Origin: Octopus vulgaris
Taxonomy: Eukaryota
Direction of reading: 5' to 3'
Length of the DNA stretch: 64,000 nucleotides
Assembly: GCA_951406725.2 (NCBI GenBank)
Contig: OX597816.1
Coordinates: 2,852,001 to 2,916,000 of the forward strand
The number at the start of each line of letters is the position of its first letter. The stretch's first letter is position 1. Position numbers and translations under genes: made by a program. This document shows, in pieces, positions 54,331-64,000 of the stretch. Below the pieces are notes generated by a model. That model had not been told where the DNA came from. It searched no databases and worked only from the letters and a program-made list of their open reading frames with translations.

Positions 54331-55048
54331 ATTCCCTTTCTCATAGTTAAAAATTAGCCGAAAAGAGGGCAGACAGCACTATGTCTGTCCCCTTTTCAAT
54401 CCTGATCAACACCGAAGGCTATTATGGGTTTTATACCCTTAGAGAGTTTGTAACTTGTCGGAATTCCATTAATATATTCGCAGAAATATTTTCCATTCCT
54501 TACCAATGTATCGCATCGCGCCTAATGGAAGAAGGGGAAAGTTATTTTTTTAATTAATCTGACATGGATTTCCGATTTCGTTGAGACAATTAGTCACAGA
54601 TGTTTAATGATATATTAATTCGTAAATTTAATTAGCAGCCAGGATATATATTAGTTTAACTGTCAGACACCTTGATAAGGTTGGCAGAATCGTTGGCGCG
54701 TCGGACAAAAAGATTATTGGCTCTTTTTCCGGCGCTTTACGTTCTCAGTTCTAATATGGCCAAGGTTAGCTTTGCCTTTCATCCCTTTCGGGGTCGATAA
54801 AATAAGGTTCCGGTCAATTATTAGGGGTCGATGCAATCGACATGACCCTTTCACCTCAAAAATCACTGGCTTTATGCAAAGAAAAAAGAAATTTTACACC
54901 TACGGCAGTGCTCCAGAATGACCGCAGCCGCAAGGCTGAAACGATTAATAGACTAAAAGAGTAAAAGAGATTCCTCTCTCTCGCTCTCTCTCTCTCTCTC
55001 TCACATGCACATTCAGAGGGAGATAGATAGAATGAGAGAGAGAAAGAG

Positions 55049-55116
<68 letters not shown>

Positions 55117-55122
55117 GAGAGA

Positions 55123-55154
<32 letters not shown>

Positions 55155-55156
<2 letters not shown>

Positions 55157-55370
55157 CGGGAAGGTTTATGAAAATAAACAAAAGACGAAGGCAGGTGGAG
55201 TACAAACAAACAAATGTATTAGTATAACGCTCAGGAATAGAAATAGAACAAGTCTTTTACGTTTCGAGCCTACGCTCTTCGACAGAAAGATACACAGAAA
55301 AGAAACAAGGAGAGAAAAAAATGCGTGTAGGAGCTAACGATCTATTATGGCGTCCAGACTTCGGACAGAG
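55155..55370 (-). mobile_element. (TA)n-anchored Penelope-like/retrozyme-like element, second copy
   Basis: Homologous to 3589-3780 with the same (TA)n junction. Confidence 0.7.
55253..55290 (-). ncRNA. Minimal type-I hammerhead ribozyme candidate (CUGUCGA core variant)
   Basis: Minus strand reads TCTTT CTGTCGA A GAGC-GTAG-GCTC GAA AC-GT A AAAGA, with a 5-bp stem I. Confidence 0.62.
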
Positions 55371-55510
55371 AGAGAGAGAGAAAGAGAGTGATTGATAGAT
55401 AGAGATAGATAGAGGAGAGAGAGAGAGAGAGAGTAACAGTTGCTCCTACCCTATATCTTCCGTTACCCCCTTACTAACGAAGAAACAGTAAAAATGTTTC
55501 AATGTCGCAG

Positions 55511-55596
55511 ACATGTCTGATATTCCGACCCCAACATTAAGAAGAAAACCATGGGAAGAGGTGCCGTTGAGTGGAACCTAATTGCAAGAGAAGAAG
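55511..55596 (+). CDS. Candidate small exon (terminal coding exon or alternative first coding exon)
   Basis: TACTAAC at 55472-55478, cgcag|ac acceptor at 55510/55511 and GAAG|gtgagg donor at 55596/55597. Read in phase 1 it gives DMSDIPTPTLRRKPWEEVPLSGT*. From the Kozak-like aaaaccATGG at 55551 it gives MGRGAVEWNLIAREE and ends in phase 1. The pyrimidine tract is weak and there are intervening AGs. Confidence 0.4.
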
Positions 55597-55841
55597 GTGA
55601 GGCTGGCGCAGCATCTTCCAGACTTTCTCCTCTCCAACCTTTTGCATCCACCAACAAAACCTGTTTCTCAACAGTTCGGGGTGGGACGGGGGTATGAAGA
55701 GCTGATGGGGGGGGGGGTCATAGCAGAGTTTGACAAGAAGTCGTCTGCGAGGCTCCACCCCGGGTGGCGACAAAACACTGGGTCGTTAGTGTAATTAAAA
55801 GTGGAGGTGTGTGTGTGCGCGTTTGTGCGGAGTAACGTGGC

Positions 55842-55897
55842 GGTCCGCCCCGGGAGGTCCGCCCCGGGAGGTCCGCCCCGGGAGGTCCGCCCCAGGA
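55842..55897. repeat. GC-rich 14-bp minisatellite x4 (GGTCCGCCCCGGGA)
   Basis: Three perfect units and one with a single change. Each contains CCGCCC. Confidence 0.95.
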
Positions 55898-56580
55898 GGT
55901 AGTTTTTATTTAACTTTGAGGTGTGGCTGGAAAGCAAATTATATAAGTATTATGACGTATTATTTCGTTCCGGGTGGCTGAACCTCGAGTTACGTCGTCG
56001 CTAGGATACGCATGACTGGCTTTGTGTAGGACAGACTGAGAGGGAATGGTGGGTGGGATGGGGGGCAGATTCAGCCGGTGAACAGAGGGTGGGGTATGTG
56101 TATATAGCAAAGCACAATTCTGGGACAAGAAAGGGAAAGAGAAGAAGAGAAGAAAAAGACTGTGTTAGTGCATATACCTGTATGAATGAGAGAGAGAGAG
56201 AGAGAGAGAGATTGTGATATACATGAGTGCACATATCTAAAAGTGTGTGTGTGTGTGTGTGTTTTCCTCTCAGTCTGGGAGCTAAAGATAAACTGATAAA
56301 GTCGAGTGGATATCAGTTGCTGTCTGTCTTCTGCCTTTCTTCTATAGAATGTATTTCTAAACTATTTCCCCCGATGTCAAAGAAAATCTGGGTCATTCGT
56401 CTTTCTTTGTGCTACCCTTTACCCCCCCCCCCCTCCCATCTCCATTCCCTACTCTCAAATCTTCTGCTGTTCTGTTGCTCCCATTATCTCAGCTGCTTCC
56501 AGTCTTTGCAGATGGGAATCACTTTTGGTCGGATGGTATTTTTCTTTTTCGGAATATGGTCCAGAATGTTTTGTGTGTCT

Positions 56581-56659
<79 letters not shown>

Positions 56660-56782
56660 AGCCCCAGCGTCGTAGATTACAGATACGTGAAGAAAGAGTT
56701 TCTTCATGTTAGGAAAATGTTAAGAATGAAACACTTTTAAATGTGTCTTGTCTGAGACGTATGTGGTTATGAGCAAACTTTT

Positions 56783-57108
56783 GAAGTCACGTGGCTGAGT
56801 GGTTAGGGGTGTTCGGCCCCCAATCGTTTGGTCTTGAGTTCGATTCCTCATGGTGCATTGCCTCCTTGAGCAAGACACTTTATTTCACATTGGCCCAGTC
56901 CACTCGGCTGGCAAAAACGAGTAGTACCAGTAATTCAAACGGGGACCAGCCTTGTCACATTCTCTGTCACACTCAATCTCCCCGAGAACTGCGTTTAGGG
57001 TACGTGTGTCTGTGGAGTACTCAGCCACTTGCACGTTAATTCCACGGAGAAGCTGTTCCGTTGATTGGATCAACTGGAACCCTCGCCGTCGCAACCGACG
57101 GAGTACCA
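56783..57108 (+). mobile_element. SINE family 3
   Basis: A box TGGCTGAGTGG, B box GAGTTCGATTCC and the family-3 tail. Confidence 0.85.
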
Positions 57109-57154
57109 TTTATGAACAACAGTTTGTGATGACAGACGCAACAGAAAAGGAAGC

Positions 57155-57505
57155 TGGTTTCAGTCATTGGACTGCGGCCATGCTGGAGCACCGCCTTCAG
57201 TCGAGCAACTCGACCCCAGGACTTATTCTTTGTAAGCCTAGTACTTATTCTATCGGTCACTTTTGCCGAACCGCTAATGTTACGGGGACGTAAACACACC
57301 AGCGTCAGTTGTTAAGCGATGTTGGGGGGACAAACACAGACACACACACATATACACGACGGGCTTCTTTCAGTTTCCGTCTCCCAAATCCATTCACAAG
57401 GCTTTGGTCGGCCCGAGGCTATAGTTTGAAGACACTTGCCCAAGGTGTCACGCAGTGGGACTGAACCCGGAACAAGCTACTTACCACACAGCCACTCCTA
57501 CGCCT
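57155..57505 (-). mobile_element. SINE family 1
   Basis: Reverse complement of 48406-48803. Confidence 0.88.
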
Positions 57506-57775
57506 ATACCTAAAGTTATTTTAAGATATTAGAAAGTGTTCATGTAAAACTGGGCTGTGTCCGTAATTAATTTACGAACTTGTTTGTGACGTGTACTTAA
57601 TCGGATAAAGGCCAATGCTTTTGACGAGTATTAATTACCCCGGGTGTAGTTCAGCGCATTGTCAGTGTGGCGAGCGTGTTTACGGGTGTTGTACGGGTGA
57701 CGGAGGTGACACACAATTAAAATACATCGTTTCATTTGGAAAATAGAAATAAATTTTAATGAGTATTACTTACTC

Positions 57776-57939
57776 GGTTATTATTATTATTATTATTATC
57801 ATTATTATTATTTATTTTTTTTTTTTATTATTATTATGTTGATTATTATTATTATTATTATTTTTATTATAATATTTATTTTTTATTATTATTATGTTGA
57901 TTATTATCATCATCATCATCATCATTATTATCATCATCA

Positions 57940-57973
<34 letters not shown>

Positions 57974-58005
57974 CGTTATTATCATCGTTATTATTGGTGA
58001 TAATC

Positions 58006-58052
<47 letters not shown>

Positions 58053-58097
58053 TGTTGTTATTATTATTATTATTGTTATTATTATCCTTATTATTAT
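57776..58097. repeat. (TTA)n/(TCA)n microsatellite
   Basis: Seen directly. Confidence 0.95.
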
Positions 58098-58240
58098 TTG
58101 TTTCCGGTAATTTAAGCGATTTTTCTGTTCCAGTCCAACAGGTACAACCTTTGTGTTTCAACGAGTGTCAGCAACCGTTGTCGTTTTTGTCACCTGAAAG
58201 TTCGAAATGGTGTCTGTCTGTCTGTCTGTTATAGTCACAT

Positions 58241-58520
58241 CAGTGGTTCTCAACCATTTTTAACCTGTGGACTCCTTCTGATTCCCGTTTCACCCCGATC
58301 GACCTCCCATAGCTATTTGATGGTTTTAAAAAATCCTATTTTCATGATTAAATATTATAAGGAATTGTCCCCCCCCCACACACACCAAAAAAAAAAATCA
58401 AAATATTTTGTGCTTTGTAGAAGTATAAACAGTTTATTGCCCATAATTTTTAATATACAAACCCCTATATGGATGGGCCCCAAAGGGACCCTGAAGGGGT
58501 CATATGGTTGGGAACCACTG
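58241..58520. mobile_element. hAT/Charlie-like MITE
   Basis: TIRs CAGTGGTTCTCAACCAT / ATGGTTGGGAACCACTG with one mismatch. The 8-bp TSD is not preserved. Confidence 0.8.
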
Positions 58521-58936
58521 ATCTCCGTCGTCTGTTTTGTTGTGTCCTCGTCCAATGCTTGAATGCTTTAGTCGAGTCCGTGGCGCAGGCTGTGTACCGT
58601 GTGCCGCGTGGGGTGATTCGTGCCGTCGGCCGACGATTGTTTAAAATCTGTGTCAGTTTGAGGTGGTCCTATTGAATACGAGTTGTGTGGGTTGTGTTAT
58701 CGGGTGTCGAGTGTCGGGTGTGAAGAATGTGTTTGTGTGGTTTAGTGCAGGGCAGTGGAATCCAGACCAATTGTGTTTTTACATTCTGAGTTCAAATCCC
58801 ACCAAAGCCGTGTTTGTTTTTGTGTGTATGTATGTATGTATGTATGTATGTATGTATGTATGTATTTATATTTATGAAGGTATGTGTATATGTAAATGAT
58901 TGTATGTAGATATCTGTCTTTCTGCATGAATGTTAT

Positions 58937-59181
<245 letters not shown>

Positions 59182-59711
59182 ATTAATATGCAGGCATTTG
59201 CCAATGTTCTTGCGAGTGGGTATCGAATCTGTCCATCTTTCAATGTGTGTTTTCTCTATCTTTCACTATTCAACTCATCTCTACCCCCCAACTCTCATCT
59301 CTACTCTCTAACTCTCATCTCTATTCTCTAACTCTCATCTATATACCCCATCCCCACCTCACTAATACTCTCGTTCCCATTTCTCTTCTTCTAATACGAA
59401 ATACCGACATTGTCATTTAAGGACTGAAACATTTTTTAATCTCATATCTCTTCGATTCTCTTTCCGTCCTTTCCAGGCCAAATAAAATCATGGATCCCAT
59501 TGAGGTGGAATGAGCCCCAAAGTGGGTCTTGCCGGGCATCAGTAGGGCGGGACTCGGCCTGGCTTATACCAGCTGTTACATGGACCCAGTAGGTACGAGC
59601 TGGGATGCCAAACCATTGCTCTCAGCTCAGACCATTACAGCATGAGCTTCACGCATTCACTCACAAATCTCTCCTTGCATTCAGCTTCATTTACAATCTT
59701 CATTATTATTA

Positions 59712-59764
<53 letters not shown>

Positions 59765-60056
59765 TTTTTTTTTCGAATTTTGGCACAGGGCCAGCAATTT
59801 TAGGGTAAGGAAAAAAATCGATAACGTCGATTCCCCTCTCCCCGCCAACTGGTGCTCAGTTTATTGAACCCCGCCCCACGAAGGCATGAAAGGCAAAGGT
59901 GACTTTGAGGGGAGACTTCAAATACCGCCGCGGTCAATTTTGCCTTTCATTCTTTTCGGGATCGATGAAATAAACATTAGTTGAGCACTGGGGTCGATAG
60001 AATCGATTGACTTCCAATCCCTAAAATTACTGGTCTTGTGCCAAAACTTCAAACCT

Positions 60057-60245
60057 CACCACCACTACCACCACCACCGTCAACAGCATCACCATCATCA
60101 TCATCATTATCATCATCACCACCACCACCACCACCACCACCACCACCAACACCACCATCATCATCATCATCATCATCATCATCACCATCACCACCACCAT
60201 CATCATCATTATTATTATTATTATTGCTGCTGCTGCTGTTGTTGA
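60057..60245. repeat. Compound CAC/CAT/TAT/TGC trinucleotide repeat
   Basis: Seen directly. It produces the spurious poly-His and poly-Pro ORFs. Confidence 0.9.
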
Positions 60246-61527
60246 TGTTGTTTACATGTGTTGTGTTGTGTTGCTCGTCTCTTTAAAAAAATATAGAATA
60301 TTAACAAGCTTAATGAATTCACACCTGATAAGCTGCTATTTCTGTGGTTGCTCCATCTATCGATGAGAACTAATAGAGATTATATGATTGATAGACTTTA
60401 ACCCCGAAGCCAAATAAAACCAATTAATTAATGAGAATTAATTGCAAAAACTTAAAACAGCTGAATTCGATATTTCAACATAATTTTAACTATGAATAGT
60501 TTATCACTGAATTTTTGGTCTCTGAAAGATTTTAATTTCATTAGCTGAGGATAATATCTACTAGTTAGCTATTTGCAATATATACACGTTAATTATATTT
60601 AATACTAGTTTATTATTTATATAATACACAACGTAGTGAGGAACATTAACGAGAAAATTAGAAAATTTAAAAATAAAGTTGGTTTGACCTTTACCAAGGT
60701 CACTGCTCGTTTTAGTAAAGTGAAATTTAAATGGCTTCAGCTTGTCCTAAACGCTGCTACCATTCGCTAATATACCACAGGGTTGTTTACTGTAAAACAA
60801 ACAGGCGTGCGCGCACACACACGAATATATGCGTATCTTTGCGTGTATGTATGTATATATATATGTGTGTGTGTTCACGTGTGTATGTGTGTAGGCGTAT
60901 TCGTTTGCTGTGGTGAATATGCTGAACAGTTAAGAGTAGCAAATTAACGATAAGCAGGAGCATCAATGTTACCAGAGACAACGGATTCATTTGATGCAGG
61001 GGCGTTTGTTGTGTTGGGAGTTGCTTAATCACCGTGGCAGAGCCTGGACGTCACTTCGCCTGGGTTTTGCCTTTATTCCTTGCTTTACGACATGCACCAT
61101 AGACATTAGGCTATGTACACATACATACACACCCATATATACATGTGTGTGCGTGTATATGTATGTCTATATATATGTATGTATATACTAATAAAAAAGG
61201 GTTCGGCAAAAGAATTGCGTCGCCGCATATATGTATGTATATAAATATATATATATATATATGTGTATGTATGTAAATATATATATGTGTGTGTGTCTGT
61301 GTATATATATAGGTATATATCTATGCACACACATACACATGTATATTTATATATGTATATTTAAATAGATTTAACATACATACATACATACATATAGATT
61401 TAATGTCTCAAGTTATTTCGCATGTCAAAAAAAATTGGTTCAAGGGAAATGACTCTGTCTCATGACGAGTTATTTCCCTTAGACGTGATAGTTGCAGAAT
61501 TTCCCCCTTTTTTTCTTTTGTTTTATC

Positions 61528-61672
61528 TCTTTTACTCTTTTACTTGTTTCAGTCATTTGACTGCGGCCATGCTGGAGCACCGCCTTTAGTCGAGCAACTC
61601 GACCCCGGGACTTATTCTTTTGTAAGCCCAGTACTTATTCTATCGGTCTCTTTTGTCGAACCGCTAGGTGAC
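61528..61672 (-). mobile_element. SINE family 1, 3' part with (TAAAAGAG)n tail
   Basis: Reverse complement of 48670-48803. Confidence 0.8.
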
Positions 61673-61851
61673 ACAAATGGATTCGAGCGTCATATGCTGT
61701 CAATGAACTAATAAGAATTAAATGTGATATACATTAATATCAAATAAAAATGAGCTAATAATTGCTTAAAGCGATGTATATGATAACATTCAAGTATGGT
61801 AAAAGTGTAACGGAAAATAGAAGCTTTTAAGTGTCGTACGGCAAAACGAAA

Positions 61852-62236
61852 TCCCTCTCTATATAAAGCTGAAGTTCTCTGTGTGTGTGGCAGGTTTGGT
61901 AGCCTTCAACTAATACTCCTCCGGGACCCTGCGGCACAAGTTGCCCAAAATTGAGAGTATGATAGAAGAAGGCTTGCTCTTCCTTCTGTAAAAATTCAAA
62001 TCGGACCATGTTAACACCAAAAATTATTTACATCATAAAGGTGCTTTTTTTCTATGAAAATCCCTATTTTTTACGATTTTTTTTACTACTGTGTCGTCAT
62101 TTTTCGATGTATTTCAACCAGAAAATTGTTCACTTAAAGAAAATAACAAGCTACATAATGCAAAATTTTTACTTTTCAAAAATTCCAATTCTAAAGGATC
62201 CAAACAAACCCGAGCAACGCCGAGCGATACCGCTAG
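61852..62236 (+). mobile_element. Non-autonomous Helitron, family C
   Basis: a|TCCCTCTCTATATAAAGCTG ... CAAACCCGAGCAACGCCGAGCGATACCGCTAG|t. Confidence 0.82.
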
Positions 62237-62491
62237 TACTGAATAATGTCCCCTTTTATATTGACTGGCGTTATATTAACAACCTAATTATATATTTAAT
62301 GTGGTAATAAAGGGAGCCAGTGATCTAATGACTGGATAAAGGGACAATAAAGGGAGAGAGGTCTGTCTACTCGGCTTTTGAATGCTTCTATGCAATTGAT
62401 TGAAGTGGTTCAAATTACAACTACCGGAATTTGCTCTTTACGTAGTCGTGAGGCAGAAGTTCCAGCTTCGTGGGAGGGTATTTACGTATCT

Positions 62492-62916
62492 AAGGCAGCG
62501 AGCTGGCAGAAACGTTAGCACGCCGGACGAAATGTTTAGCGGTATTTCGTCTGCCGTTACGTTCTGGGTTCAAATTCCGCCGAGGTCGACTTTACCTTTC
62601 ATCCTTTCGGGGTCGATAAATTAAGTACCAGTTACGCACTGGGGTCTATGTAATCGACTTAATACCTATGTCTGACCTTGTTTGTCCCCTCTGTGTTTAG
62701 CCCATTGTGGGTAATAAAGAAATAGGTATTTCGTCTGTCGTTATGTTCTGAGTTCAAATTCCGCCGAAGTCGACTTTACCTTTCATCCTTTCGGGGTCGA
62801 TAAATTAAGTACCAGTTACGCACTGGGGTCGATGTAATCGACTTAATCCGTTTGTCTGTTCTTGTTTGTCCTCTCTGTGTTTAGCCCCTTGTAGGTAGTA
62901 AAGAAATAGGTATTTC
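62492..62916 (+). mobile_element. SINE family 2 with an internal ~185-bp tandem duplication
   Basis: ggtatttcg recurs at 62541, 62726 and 62909, and the body is repeated twice. Confidence 0.88.
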
Positions 62917-62929
62917 GGTATCACTTGTG

Positions 62930-63930
62930 GAGAAGACGTGAAGGTACTGTTGTCCTTTTGTATGGTGGCAGTAGATTAGGTCTGGGTTCCAAGGAGTTGT
63001 GGCTTTTAGCTGAATGGTATAAAATACTGTTCTTATAGTATGTTGTCTTCTGTGATATAAGCCTAAAGATGGAAAGCTTTTAGACTTTAAGTTCCATCAA
63101 CTGTGTTATTTCCGAGACCTTTGGTTTACTCTCCATTCAGTTCCGATTGCTCATGCAGTGTACAACAGAGAAACCAACCACATTTTTCATGGCCATTGCC
63201 GGGGCATGAGTGAAGTTAGGCAGCTGGTAGTGGTTGTCTCGCGTGGTTTAAACCGGTGTGCACCATGAGTTTACCGTTGAAACATTTCACAAGCAGAGTG
63301 AATACAGGAGGGGGGTGTATTGTCGCATCTGTATAATGCCTTGCTCGGGAGAAACGGATGTAATCTACGACACTTTAGGCCTGTACTCTAAGGATGTTTG
63401 TTCTCTCAATAACCATCGTTCCTCTCTCCAAGAACCCGTAGAGCTACAATAAACATAAACACACACACACACACATATAACATGATCAAACGGAAGCCCT
63501 TCCCCATATGTTAACACTTGGCATTGTGTAACACATGTCTTCACAGGAGTACACTCATTAATGTGTAGAAGACATACGCACATAAATGGTCGGATCATGT
63601 GACCACAACTGTCGACCCATATGGAAATATGTACGGCTAAGCTGGAGTACTTAACCGTTGTAAAGCAGTAACAGCGCTCTAAAATCGACGAGTGGGTCGC
63701 CAGTTTCAAGCTGCATTTCTCCTTTACATATCTGGAGAGGCAACTGACACTATTTATCTTCGCAGTAAGACTATCTCAATGGACTTGCTCTCTTGTTGCC
63801 GAGCAACTTCTGAATGTTGAGCTGTTTGGCATGCGATAGTAGACTTTAAACCGATCAAACTCAGAATTCTCACCATAGGATGATATCTCTCTCAATCACG
63901 AGATATTCAATGACAAAGAGATACGGAAGA
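62930..63930 (-). mobile_element. Possible highly decayed APE-type LINE fragment
   Basis: Complex, moderately GC-rich sequence with only faint motifs on the minus strand (SLNI, HDPT, NTPLL). Confidence 0.25.
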
Positions 63931-64000
63931 TGTAAAAACACAGCATAAAGATGAAGCTGTGACAAGATACAAATAGAAATAAACCAATTTCTAACGCTTC

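Noticed and set aside
55842-55897. CRISPR-like array
   Set aside because: The units are directly adjacent with no spacers, and the context is eukaryotic.
56783-56860. tRNA gene
   Set aside because: A and B boxes are present, but it continues into a SINE body and no full cloverleaf is evident. The same applies to the other SINE heads.
60036-60286. Poly-His / poly-Pro-Ser-Leu protein
   Set aside because: It is a compound trinucleotide microsatellite attached to a SINE tail.

Overview
This is AT-rich, microsatellite-dense eukaryotic DNA. The repeat landscape (tRNA-headed SINEs, R4/Dong-clade LINE remnants, long TA/TACA/TCTA/TAA arrays) suggests an octopus or other coleoid cephalopod, which is my inference and not a database result. 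The window appears to lie inside one large + strand gene. It has an I-set immunoglobulin-domain exon (4348-4629) and a phase-compatible charged/Ser-rich exon (38207-38464) about 33.6 kb downstream, plus a possible third exon (55511-55596). Most of the rest is mobile DNA: two long decayed REL-type (R4/Dong-like) LINEs with many 3' remnants, seven non-autonomous Helitrons in four families, several SINE families, MITEs and an L1/Tx1-like fragment. The most notable signal is a set of short elements inside (TA)n arrays that carry type-I hammerhead-ribozyme folds on the minus strand, as Penelope-like elements and retrozymes do. These include a minimal form with an unusual CUGUNGA core and a form with a long stem II. 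Different element families also appear to favour different microsatellites (TA, TAA, TACA, CAG-CAA). Most ORFs in the supplied track are microsatellite artefacts. Element boundaries not marked by a terminal motif are approximate.
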